The notes under the pieces were generated by a model. It saw nothing but the letters and a program-made list of their open reading frames with translations. It searched no databases and had not been told where the DNA came from. Below are positions 1-12,405 of a stretch of DNA of 64,000 nt, piece by piece. Origin of the DNA: Squalus acanthias (taxonomy: Eukaryota); contig CM059425.1 in the NCBI GenBank assembly GCA_030390025.1, positions 168,890,001 to 168,954,000 on the forward strand, given 5' to 3'. How positions within the stretch are numbered: position 1 is the first letter of the stretch; every line of letters starts with the position of its first letter. The position numbers and the translations under genes are program-made.

Positions 1-626
1 AGTTTTTCTTTCTTATTGTTGGAGGCACAGCCTTCAACCGCCTGGGTCCTCTTTGCCTCTCCCTCCTCCTTTAAAATTTTTTCCCATCTCTTCAACAATC
101 TTTTGGTCACCCTCCTACTCTCCCTCTCGCTTGGCATGCATTACCTTACGCTTATCTCTGAAGTAGCTTTTCCTGCTTTTTGTTTTTAATTTGGTGACGC
201 GAATTGTGTATGTGTTTTTCTGCACTTGTGAATAAGTGCTGCATTCCTGACATGTTACATGGGTGGTCTGCTGGTTCAAGAAGACAATGTTTATTAATGC
301 AAGTGATTGAAGTTGAAAATACAGATATCCGTTTTTGTTCAATTCTTTTTAAAACTGTGAACTAAAGAACTACAGCACTTTATATTTGTTGTTTGTCTGG
401 TTGATTTGTGATTAATATTCTAATTACTTATGTGGACGTACAGCACATCAGCGCCATAGGAAAGCCGCTGCTCCTGCTGCTTGTGCAGCCATTGCTCCAG
501 TGACATGAGGGTTGGGCAAATACATTGAAAACTTTAAAATTAATACAAATTGCATGAATAGCATCTTTCAGCTGACCTTGGGCTTTTGTATTGTTTTGTA
601 TTGTTTGTCCATGCATAACCATGCAT

Positions 627-3600
627 TAGAGGGCGGCACTGTGGCATAGAGGGCGGCACTGTGGCATAGAGGGCGGCACTGTGGCATAGAGGGCGGCACT
701 GTGGCATAGAGGGCGGCACTGTGGCATAGAGGGCGGCACTGTGGCATAGAGGGCGGCACTGTGGCATAGAGGGCGGCACTGTGGCATAGAGGGCGGCACT
801 GTGGCATAGAGGGCGGCACTGTGGCATAGAGGGCGGCACTGTGGCATAGAGGGCGGCACTGTGGCATAGAGGGCGGCACTGTGGCATAGAGGGCGGCACT
901 GTGGCATAGAGGGCGGCACTGTGGCATAGAGGGCGGCACTGTGGCATAGAGGGCGGCACTGTGGCATAGAGGGCGGCACTGTGGCATAGAGGGCGGCACT
1001 GTGGCATAGAGGGCGGCACTGTGGCATAGAGGGCGGCACTGTGGCATAGAGGGCGGCACTGTGGCATAGAGGGCGGCACTGTGGCATAGAGGGCGGCACT
1101 GTGGCATAGAGGGCGGCACTGTGGCATAGAGGGCGGCACTGTGGCATAGAGGGCGGCACTGTGGCATAGAGGGCGGCACTGTGGCATAGAGGGCGGCACT
1201 GTGGCATAGAGGGCGGCACTGTGGCATAGAGGGCGGCACTGTGGCATAGAGGGCGGCACTGTGGCATAGAGGGCGGCACTGTGGCATAGAGGGCGGCACT
1301 GTGGCATAGAGGGCGGCACTGTGGCATAGAGGGCGGCACTGTGGCATAGAGGGCGGCACTGTGGCATAGAGGGCGGCACTGTGGCATAGAGGGCGGCACT
1401 GTGGCATAGAGGGCGGCACTGTGGCATAGAGGGCGGCACTGTGGCATAGAGGGCGGCACTGTGGCATAGAGGGCGGCACTGTGGCATAGAGGGCGGCACT
1501 GTGGCATAGAGGGCGGCACTGTGGCATAGAGGGCGGCACTGTGGCATAGAGGGCGGCACTGTGGCATAGAGGGCGGCACTGTGGCATAGAGGGCGGCACT
1601 GTGGCATAGAGGGCGGCACTGTGGCATAGAGGGCGGCACTGTGGCATAGAGGGCGGCACTGTGGCATAGAGGGCGGCACTGTGGCATAGAGGGCGGCACT
1701 GTGGCATAGAGGGCGGCACTGTGGCATAGAGGGCGGCACTGTGGCATAGAGGGCGGCACTGTGGCATAGAGGGCGGCACTGTGGCATAGAGGGCGGCACT
1801 GTGGCATAGAGGGCGGCACTGTGGCATAGAGGGCGGCACTGTGGCATAGAGGGCGGCACTGTGGCATAGAGGGCGGCACTGTGGCATAGAGGGCGGCACT
1901 GTGGCATAGAGGGCGGCACTGTGGCATAGAGGGCGGCACTGTGGCATAGAGGGCGGCACTGTGGCATAGAGGGCGGCACTGTGGCATAGAGGGCGGCACT
2001 GTGGCATAGAGGGCGGCACTGTGGCATAGAGGGCGGCACTGTGGCATAGAGGGCGGCACTGTGGCATAGAGGGCGGCACTGTGGCATAGAGGGCGGCACT
2101 GTGGCATAGAGGGCGGCACTGTGGCATAGAGGGCGGCACTGTGGCATAGAGGGCGGCACTGTGGCATAGAGGGCGGCACTGTGGCATAGAGGGCGGCACT
2201 GTGGCATAGAGGGCGGCACTGTGGCATAGAGGGCGGCACTGTGGCATAGAGGGCGGCACTGTGGCATAGAGGGCGGCACTGTGGCATAGAGGGCGGCACT
2301 GTGGCATAGAGGGCGGCACTGTGGCATAGAGGGCGGCACTGTGGCATAGAGGGCGGCACTGTGGCATAGAGGGCGGCACTGTGGCATAGAGGGCGGCACT
2401 GTGGCATAGAGGGCGGCACTGTGGCATAGAGGGCGGCACTGTGGCATAGAGGGCGGCACTGTGGCATAGAGGGCGGCACTGTGGCATAGAGGGCGGCACT
2501 GTGGCATAGAGGGCGGCACTGTGGCATAGAGGGCGGCACTGTGGCATAGAGGGCGGCACTGTGGCATAGAGGGCGGCACTGTGGCATAGAGGGCGGCACT
2601 GTGGCATAGAGGGCGGCACTGTGGCATAGAGGGCGGCACTGTGGCATAGAGGGCGGCACTGTGGCATAGAGGGCGGCACTGTGGCATAGAGGGCGGCACT
2701 GTGGCATAGAGGGCGGCACTGTGGCATAGAGGGCGGCACTGTGGCATAGAGGGCGGCACTGTGGCATAGAGGGCGGCACTGTGGCATAGAGGGCGGCACT
2801 GTGGCATAGAGGGCGGCACTGTGGCATAGAGGGCGGCACTGTGGCATAGAGGGCGGCACTGTGGCATAGAGGGCGGCACTGTGGCATAGAGGGCGGCACT
2901 GTGGCATAGAGGGCGGCACTGTGGCATAGAGGGCGGCACTGTGGCATAGAGGGCGGCACTGTGGCATAGAGGGCGGCACTGTGGCATAGAGGGCGGCACT
3001 GTGGCATAGAGGGCGGCACTGTGGCATAGAGGGCGGCACTGTGGCATAGAGGGCGGCACTGTGGCATAGAGGGCGGCACTGTGGCATAGAGGGCGGCACT
3101 GTGGCATAGAGGGCGGCACTGTGGCATAGAGGGCGGCACTGTGGCATAGAGGGCGGCACTGTGGCATAGAGGGCGGCACTGTGGCATAGAGGGCGGCACT
3201 GTGGCATAGAGGGCGGCACTGTGGCATAGAGGGCGGCACTGTGGCATAGAGGGCGGCACTGTGGCATAGAGGGCGGCACTGTGGCATAGAGGGCGGCACT
3301 GTGGCATAGAGGGCGGCACTGTGGCATAGAGGGCGGCACTGTGGCATAGAGGGCGGCACTGTGGCATAGAGGGCGGCACTGTGGCATAGAGGGCGGCACT
3401 GTGGCATAGAGGGCGGCACTGTGGCATAGAGGGCGGCACTGTGGCATAGAGGGCGGCACTGTGGCATAGAGGGCGGCACTGTGGCATAGAGGGCGGCACT
3501 GTGGCATAGAGGGCGGCACTGTGGCATAGAGGGCGGCACTGTGGCATAGAGGGCGGCACTGTGGCATAGAGGGCGGCACTGTGGCATAGAGGGCGGCACT

Positions 3601-6600
3601 GTGGCATAGAGGGCGGCACTGTGGCATAGAGGGCGGCACTGTGGCATAGAGGGCGGCACTGTGGCATAGAGGGCGGCACTGTGGCATAGAGGGCGGCACT
3701 GTGGCATAGAGGGCGGCACTGTGGCATAGAGGGCGGCACTGTGGCATAGAGGGCGGCACTGTGGCATAGAGGGCGGCACTGTGGCATAGAGGGCGGCACT
3801 GTGGCATAGAGGGCGGCACTGTGGCATAGAGGGCGGCACTGTGGCATAGAGGGCGGCACTGTGGCATAGAGGGCGGCACTGTGGCATAGAGGGCGGCACT
3901 GTGGCATAGAGGGCGGCACTGTGGCATAGAGGGCGGCACTGTGGCATAGAGGGCGGCACTGTGGCATAGAGGGCGGCACTGTGGCATAGAGGGCGGCACT
4001 GTGGCATAGAGGGCGGCACTGTGGCATAGAGGGCGGCACTGTGGCATAGAGGGCGGCACTGTGGCATAGAGGGCGGCACTGTGGCATAGAGGGCGGCACT
4101 GTGGCATAGAGGGCGGCACTGTGGCATAGAGGGCGGCACTGTGGCATAGAGGGCGGCACTGTGGCATAGAGGGCGGCACTGTGGCATAGAGGGCGGCACT
4201 GTGGCATAGAGGGCGGCACTGTGGCATAGAGGGCGGCACTGTGGCATAGAGGGCGGCACTGTGGCATAGAGGGCGGCACTGTGGCATAGAGGGCGGCACT
4301 GTGGCATAGAGGGCGGCACTGTGGCATAGAGGGCGGCACTGTGGCATAGAGGGCGGCACTGTGGCATAGAGGGCGGCACTGTGGCATAGAGGGCGGCACT
4401 GTGGCATAGAGGGCGGCACTGTGGCATAGAGGGCGGCACTGTGGCATAGAGGGCGGCACTGTGGCATAGAGGGCGGCACTGTGGCATAGAGGGCGGCACT
4501 GTGGCATAGAGGGCGGCACTGTGGCATAGAGGGCGGCACTGTGGCATAGAGGGCGGCACTGTGGCATAGAGGGCGGCACTGTGGCATAGAGGGCGGCACT
4601 GTGGCATAGAGGGCGGCACTGTGGCATAGAGGGCGGCACTGTGGCATAGAGGGCGGCACTGTGGCATAGAGGGCGGCACTGTGGCATAGAGGGCGGCACT
4701 GTGGCATAGAGGGCGGCACTGTGGCATAGAGGGCGGCACTGTGGCATAGAGGGCGGCACTGTGGCATAGAGGGCGGCACTGTGGCATAGAGGGCGGCACT
4801 GTGGCATAGAGGGCGGCACTGTGGCATAGAGGGCGGCACTGTGGCATAGAGGGCGGCACTGTGGCATAGAGGGCGGCACTGTGGCATAGAGGGCGGCACT
4901 GTGGCATAGAGGGCGGCACTGTGGCATAGAGGGCGGCACTGTGGCATAGAGGGCGGCACTGTGGCATAGAGGGCGGCACTGTGGCATAGAGGGCGGCACT
5001 GTGGCATAGAGGGCGGCACTGTGGCATAGAGGGCGGCACTGTGGCATAGAGGGCGGCACTGTGGCATAGAGGGCGGCACTGTGGCATAGAGGGCGGCACT
5101 GTGGCATAGAGGGCGGCACTGTGGCATAGAGGGCGGCACTGTGGCATAGAGGGCGGCACTGTGGCATAGAGGGCGGCACTGTGGCATAGAGGGCGGCACT
5201 GTGGCATAGAGGGCGGCACTGTGGCATAGAGGGCGGCACTGTGGCATAGAGGGCGGCACTGTGGCGTAGAGGGCGGCACTGTGTGGCGTAGAGGGCGGCA
5301 CTGTGTGGCGTAGAGGGCGGCACTGTGTGGCGTAGAGGGCGGCACTGTGTGGCGTAGAGGGCGGCACTGTGTGGCGTAGAGGGCGGCACTGTGTGGCGTA
5401 GAGGGCGGCACTGTGGCGTAGAGGGCGGCACTGTGGCGTAGAGGGCGGCACTGTGGCATAGAGGGCGGCACTGTGGCATAGAGGGCGGCACTGTGGCATA
5501 GAGGGCGGCACTGTGGCATAGAGGGCGGCACTGTGGCATAGAGGGCGGCACTGTGGCATAGAGGGCGGCACTGTGGCATAGAGGGCGGCACTGTGGCATA
5601 GAGGGCGGCACTGTGGCATAGAGGGCGGCACTGTGGCATAGAGGGCGGCACTGTGGCATAGAGGGCGGCACTGTGGCATAGAGGGCGGCACTGTGGCATA
5701 GAGGGCGGCACTGTGGCATAGAGGGCGGCACTGTGGCATAGAGGGCGGCACTGTGGCATAGAGGGCGGCACTGTGGCATAGAGGGCGGCACTGTGGCATA
5801 GAGGGCGGCACTGTGGCATAGAGGGCGGCACTGTGGCATAGAGGGCGGCACTGTGGCATAGAGGGCGGCACTGTGGCATAGAGGGCGGCACTGTGGCATA
5901 GAGGGCGGCACTGTGGCATAGAGGGCGGCACTGTGGCATAGAGGGCGGCACTGTGGCATAGAGGGCGGCACTGTGGCATAGAGGGCGGCACTGTGGCATA
6001 GAGGGCGGCACTGTGGCATAGAGGGCGGCACTGTGGCATAGAGGGCGGCACTGTGGCATAGAGGGCGGCACTGTGGCATAGAGGGCGGCACTGTGGCATA
6101 GAGGGCGGCACTGTGGCATAGAGGGCGGCACTGTGGCATAGAGGGCGGCACTGTGGCATAGAGGGCGGCACTGTGGCATAGAGGGCGGCACTGTGGCATA
6201 GAGGGCGGCACTGTGGCATAGAGGGCGGCACTGTGGCATAGAGGGCGGCACTGTGGCATAGAGGGCGGCACTGTGGCATAGAGGGCGGCACTGTGGCATA
6301 GAGGGCGGCACTGTGGCATAGAGGGCGGCACTGTGGCATAGAGGGCGGCACTGTGGCATAGAGGGCGGCACTGTGGCATAGAGGGCGGCACTGTGGCATA
6401 GAGGGCGGCACTGTGGCATAGAGGGCGGCACTGTGGCATAGAGGGCGGCACTGTGGCATAGAGGGCGGCACTGTGGCATAGAGGGCGGCACTGTGGCATA
6501 GAGGGCGGCACTGTGGCATAGAGGGCGGCACTGTGGCATAGAGGGCGGCACTGTGGCATAGAGGGCGGCACTGTGGCATAGAGGGCGGCACTGTGGCATA

Positions 6601-9600
6601 GAGGGCGGCACTGTGGCATAGAGGGCGGCACTGTGGCATAGAGGGCGGCACTGTGGCATAGAGGGCGGCACTGTGGCATAGAGGGCGGCACTGTGGCATA
6701 GAGGGCGGCACTGTGGCATAGAGGGCGGCACTGTGGCATAGAGGGCGGCACTGTGGCATAGAGGGCGGCACTGTGGCATAGAGGGCGGCACTGTGGCATA
6801 GAGGGCGGCACTGTGGCATAGAGGGCGGCACTGTGGCATAGAGGGCGGCACTGTGGCATAGAGGGCGGCACTGTGGCATAGAGGGCGGCACTGTGGCATA
6901 GAGGGCGGCACTGTGGCATAGAGGGCGGCACTGTGGCATAGAGGGCGGCACTGTGGCATAGAGGGCGGCACTGTGGCATAGAGGGCGGCACTGTGGCATA
7001 GAGGGCGGCACTGTGGCATAGAGGGCGGCACTGTGGCATAGAGGGCGGCACTGTGGCATAGAGGGCGGCACTGTGGCATAGAGGGCGGCACTGTGGCATA
7101 GAGGGCGGCACTGTGGCATAGAGGGCGGCACTGTGGCATAGAGGGCGGCACTGTGGCATAGAGGGCGGCACTGTGGCATAGAGGGCGGCACTGTGGCATA
7201 GAGGGCGGCACTGTGGCATAGAGGGCGGCACTGTGGCATAGAGGGCGGCACTGTGGCATAGAGGGCGGCACTGTGGCATAGAGGGCGGCACTGTGGCATA
7301 GAGGGCGGCACTGTGGCATAGAGGGCGGCACTGTGGCATAGAGGGCGGCACTGTGGCATAGAGGGCGGCACTGTGGCATAGAGGGCGGCACTGTGGCATA
7401 GAGGGCGGCACTGTGGCATAGAGGGCGGCACTGTGGCATAGAGGGCGGCACTGTGGCATAGAGGGCGGCACTGTGGCATAGAGGGCGGCACTGTGGCATA
7501 GAGGGCGGCACTGTGGCATAGAGGGCGGCACTGTGGCATAGAGGGCGGCACTGTGGCATAGAGGGCGGCACTGTGGCATAGAGGGCGGCACTGTGGCATA
7601 GAGGGCGGCACTGTGGCATAGAGGGCGGCACTGTGGCATAGAGGGCGGCACTGTGGCATAGAGGGCGGCACTGTGGCATAGAGGGCGGCACTGTGGCATA
7701 GAGGGCGGCACTGTGGCATAGAGGGCGGCACTGTGGCATAGAGGGCGGCACTGTGGCATAGAGGGCGGCACTGTGGCATAGAGGGCGGCACTGTGGCATA
7801 GAGGGCGGCACTGTGGCATAGAGGGCGGCACTGTGGCATAGAGGGCGGCACTGTGGCATAGAGGGCGGCACTGTGGCATAGAGGGCGGCACTGTGGCATA
7901 GAGGGCGGCACTGTGGCATAGAGGGCGGCACTGTGGCATAGAGGGCGGCACTGTGGCATAGAGGGCGGCACTGTGGCATAGAGGGCGGCACTGTGGCATA
8001 GAGGGCGGCACTGTGGCATAGAGGGCGGCACTGTGGCATAGAGGGCGGCACTGTGGCATAGAGGGCGGCACTGTGGCATAGAGGGCGGCACTGTGGCATA
8101 GAGGGCGGCACTGTGGCATAGAGGGCGGCACTGTGGCATAGAGGGCGGCACTGTGGCATAGAGGGCGGCACTGTGGCATAGAGGGCGGCACTGTGGCATA
8201 GAGGGCGGCACTGTGGCATAGAGGGCGGCACTGTGGCATAGAGGGCGGCACTGTGGCATAGAGGGCGGCACTGTGGCATAGAGGGCGGCACTGTGGCATA
8301 GAGGGCGGCACTGTGGCATAGAGGGCGGCACTGTGGCATAGAGGGCGGCACTGTGGCATAGAGGGCGGCACTGTGGCATAGAGGGCGGCACTGTGGCATA
8401 GAGGGCGGCACTGTGGCATAGAGGGCGGCACTGTGGCATAGAGGGCGGCACTGTGGCATAGAGGGCGGCACTGTGGCATAGAGGGCGGCACTGTGGCATA
8501 GAGGGCGGCACTGTGGCATAGAGGGCGGCACTGTGGCATAGAGGGCGGCACTGTGGCATAGAGGGCGGCACTGTGGCATAGAGGGCGGCACTGTGGCATA
8601 GAGGGCGGCACTGTGGCATAGAGGGCGGCACTGTGGCATAGAGGGCGGCACTGTGGCATAGAGGGCGGCACTGTGGCATAGAGGGCGGCACTGTGGCATA
8701 GAGGGCGGCACTGTGGCATAGAGGGCGGCACTGTGGCATAGAGGGCGGCACTGTGGCATAGAGGGCGGCACTGTGGCATAGAGGGCGGCACTGTGGCATA
8801 GAGGGCGGCACTGTGGCATAGAGGGCGGCACTGTGGCATAGAGGGCGGCACTGTGGCATAGAGGGCGGCACTGTGGCATAGAGGGCGGCACTGTGGCATA
8901 GAGGGCGGCACTGTGGCATAGAGGGCGGCACTGTGGCATAGAGGGCGGCACTGTGGCATAGAGGGCGGCACTGTGGCATAGAGGGCGGCACTGTGGCATA
9001 GAGGGCGGCACTGTGGCATAGAGGGCGGCACTGTGGCATAGAGGGCGGCACTGTGGCATAGAGGGCGGCACTGTGGCATAGAGGGCGGCACTGTGGCATA
9101 GAGGGCGGCACTGTGGCATAGAGGGCGGCACTGTGGCATAGAGGGCGGCACTGTGGCATAGAGGGCGGCACTGTGGCATAGAGGGCGGCACTGTGGCATA
9201 GAGGGCGGCACTGTGGCATAGAGGGCGGCACTGTGGCATAGAGGGCGGCACTGTGGCATAGAGGGCGGCACTGTGGCATAGAGGGCGGCACTGTGGCATA
9301 GAGGGCGGCACTGTGGCATAGAGGGCGGCACTGTGGCATAGAGGGCGGCACTGTGGCATAGAGGGCGGCACTGTGGCATAGAGGGCGGCACTGTGGCATA
9401 GAGGGCGGCACTGTGGCATAGAGGGCGGCACTGTGGCATAGAGGGCGGCACTGTGGCATAGAGGGCGGCACTGTGGCATAGAGGGCGGCACTGTGGCATA
9501 GAGGGCGGCACTGTGGCATAGAGGGCGGCACTGTGGCATAGAGGGCGGCACTGTGGCATAGAGGGCGGCACTGTGGCATAGAGGGCGGCACTGTGGCATA

Positions 9601-10372
9601 GAGGGCGGCACTGTGGCATAGAGGGCGGCACTGTGGCATAGAGGGCGGCACTGTGGCATAGAGGGCGGCACTGTGGCATAGAGGGCGGCACTGTGGCATA
9701 GAGGGCGGCACTGTGGCATAGAGGGCGGCACTGTGGCATAGAGGGCGGCACTGTGGCATAGAGGGCGGCACTGTGGCATAGAGGGCGGCACTGTGGCATA
9801 GAGGGCGGCACTGTGGCATAGAGGGCGGCACTGTGGCATAGAGGGCGGCACTGTGGCATAGAGGGCGGCACTGTGGCATAGAGGGCGGCACTGTGGCATA
9901 GAGGGCGGCACTGTGGCATAGAGGGCGGCACTGTGGCATAGAGGGCGGCACTGTGGCATAGAGGGCGGCACTGTGGCATAGAGGGCGGCACTGTGGCATA
10001 GAGGGCGGCACTGTGGCATAGAGGGCGGCACTGTGGCATAGAGGGCGGCACTGTGGCATAGAGGGCGGCACTGTGGCATAGAGGGCGGCACTGTGGCATA
10101 GAGGGCGGCACTGTGGCATAGAGGGCGGCACTGTGGCATAGAGGGCGGCACTGTGGCATAGAGGGCGGCACTGTGGCATAGAGGGCGGCACTGTGGCATA
10201 GAGGGCGGCACTGTGGCATAGAGGGCGGCACTGTGGCATAGAGGGCGGCACTGTGGCATAGAGGGCGGCACTGTGGCATAGAGGGCGGCACTGTGGCATA
10301 GAGGGCGGCACTGTGGCATAGAGGGCGGCACTGTGGCATAGAGGGCGGCACTGTGGCATAGAGGGCGGCACT
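627..10372 (+). repeat. 20-bp tandem satellite (GGGCGGCACTGTGGCATAGA)n, ~487 units, with one variant block at ~5261-5440
   Basis: Directly visible: identical 20-mers from TAGAGGGC at 627 to ...GGCACT at 10372. The only variants are nine A>G units, six of which also carry an extra GT (22 bp). Confidence 0.99.
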
Positions 10373-10632
10373 ACCGCGCCAGGGACCCGGGTTCGAATCT
10401 GGCCTCGGGTGACTGTCTGTGTGGAGTTTGCACATTCTCCCCGTGTCTTTGTGGGTTTCCTCCGGGTGCTCCGGTTTCCTCCCACAGTCCAAAGATGTGC
10501 GGGTTAGGTTGATTTGGCTATGATAAATTGACCCTTAGTGTTAGGGGGATTAAATACGTGGGGTTACGGGGATAGGGTGGGATATGTGTCGGTGCAGGCT
10601 CGATGGGCCGAAATGGCCTCTATCTGCACTGT
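10373..10632 (+). mobile_element. tRNA-derived HE1/V-SINE-like elasmobranch SINE with its 5' head replaced by the satellite
   Basis: B-box GGTTCGAATC at ~10390, body GTGTGGAGTTTGCACATTCTCCCCGTG..., CR1-like tail GGCTCGATGGGCCGAAATGGCCT and GATTCTGT repeats. Near-identical to the copy at 54680. Confidence 0.88.
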
Positions 10633-11247
10633 GAGGATTCTGTGATTCTGTGTATCGTCCACAAACTTAGAAATTGTACTCCCTATACCCAAGTCCAGGT
10701 CATTTATATATTACAAGAAAAGCAATGGTCCTAATACTGACCCCTGGGGGAACCTCACTTTTCTCCAGTCAGAAAAACATCTGTTCACCACTACTTTCTA
10801 CCTCCTATCCCTTAGCCAATTCCATACCCAAATTACCACCATCCCTTTCATAACATGTGTTTCTATTTTCCAAATAAGTTTGAGCGGAAACTTGAAACAA
10901 CTTCAGAAAATTAATGCAATTTTGAGTGTCCAGATTGCTGATTGCGCCCAAGGCAGAAACACTTGGCCTTTGCATCTGTACAGATATATTCATTGCAAAA
11001 CTACCAGGCTCTTTTTTTAATTGCCACGATGAAGTGAAAGATTCCTTTTCATAACTCCAATGCAAAAAATCAAAATTTTTAGGTAAGCCTCAAATTGAAA
11101 CTTTTATATGTATCTGCAGGTTATGATTTGCAGTTTAAACATTCATTTTGAGTAAACATGAGCCAGTCAATAATGAAAGGAATTGAAATTAGTGATTTCA
11201 CTGCTGATTTACTATTTCATGCATGAATACCATTGTTTATTTTACAG

Positions 11248-11349
11248 AAACATCATTATGCGAGAGTTAGCTCCAGTGTTTCACATCCCGTGGTCTATCC
11301 CTACTGAAGCGGAGGACATTCCTATTGTACCCACCACATCTGGCACAAT
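11248..11349 (+). CDS. PPIP5K2: PPIP5K2 coding exon ([34 protein letters not shown])
   Basis: tttacag acceptor, GTGAGG donor, conserved peptide. Confidence 0.93.
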
Positions 11350-11580
11350 GTGAGGCTGCTACAGATTGGTATTATATGTAGTAAGAATAACTAGCAAATT
11401 TGGATTAAACTGAGTTTTTTTCTGATTAAGGGAATTATCTTGAAATTTGAGCATGATGAATGTGTGTGTGTAAGAATAGTATTTCCTGCATTTGGAAACT
11501 AATCCTACTTGAATAATGTATATACAACTTGAAATGCTTTCTATAAATTCAGCCTATCTATTTTATGCCTTGATGTATAG

Positions 11581-11667
11581 GATGGAGCTTCGTTGTGTAA
11601 TAGCAGTCATAAGGCATGGGGATCGAACTCCAAAGCAAAAAATGAAAATGGAAGTGAGGCATCAGAG
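11581..11667 (+). CDS. PPIP5K2: PPIP5K2 coding exon with the RHGDRTP phosphatase motif ([28 protein letters not shown])
   Basis: tatag acceptor, GTAAGG donor, RHGxRxP histidine acid phosphatase signature. Confidence 0.95.
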
Positions 11668-12257
11668 GTAAGGTGCAGTTTAATTTTTGGCCTTAACAGG
11701 AAACAATATGGTGATTTTTAATTGTATGTAAATGTCATTTTTGAATATATATATATACTATTGTCACCTTCAAACTGTTCCCCTGCAAAAATCACAGCAT
11801 TACTAAAGACTGAAGTCAATTCCAACACAGCACAGGGTACAAACCCTCTTCTATCTTTGCTAGAACGTTGAGCCTTCAGAATGTATATTGATTGATTACT
11901 GGTGTTGTTTGTTCACACAAATGGGATGTATATCATAAAATCTGGTATGTTATATCAATGCAGGTTTATATAAGTAGCATGCTTGAGAGTGCAATTTATA
12001 TACTAGTACAATTTTTTTTCTGGCCATTGTAAAAGTCACTGATTTAACAGATCAATTTCAAACAAAAGACAAAAATTATTAATGCTAAATGAAACCTTTC
12101 AGTATTCTTAACTAAGCCTCCAAGCACTTTAGTTACCAGTGCAAAGCAAAGGAGGGTTTATATTCTTTGTGGTGTGACACTAATTCCAGCCAGAATGTTA
12201 GGATTTTTGGGGGCGAATAGGTGAAAATAGCTTCAATGAATTGCCAACATGCAATTC

Positions 12258-12405
12258 AGTCCAAAGATGTGCGGGTTAGGTTGATTTAGCTATGATAAAT
12301 TGACCCTTAGTGTTAGGGGGATAGGGTGGGATATGTGTCGGTGCAGGCTCGATGGGCCGAAATGGCCTCTATCTGCATTGTGGGGATTCTGTGATTCTTC
12401 TGTGA
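12258..12405 (+). mobile_element. 5'-truncated HE1/V-SINE-like copy
   Basis: CAGTCCAAAGATGTGCGGGTTAGG...GATTCTGTGATTC is nearly identical to 10485-10632. Confidence 0.85.

Noticed and set aside
1..626. Preceding PPIP5K2 kinase-domain exon (…YYDDCAKILG) or a GC-rich mini-exon at ~443-510
   Set aside because: No matching translation was found. The upstream exon presumably lies before the window, and 1-130 looks like an L2 tail remnant.
627..10372. CRISPR array or telomeric repeat
   Set aside because: No spacers, no cas genes, eukaryotic context, and the unit is not TTAGGG.
540..10492. Three ~3300-aa minus-strand ORFs
   Set aside because: They are a by-product of a stop-free 20-bp repeat read in all three frames. 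The N-termini are antisense SINE sequence and there is no evidence of a gene.
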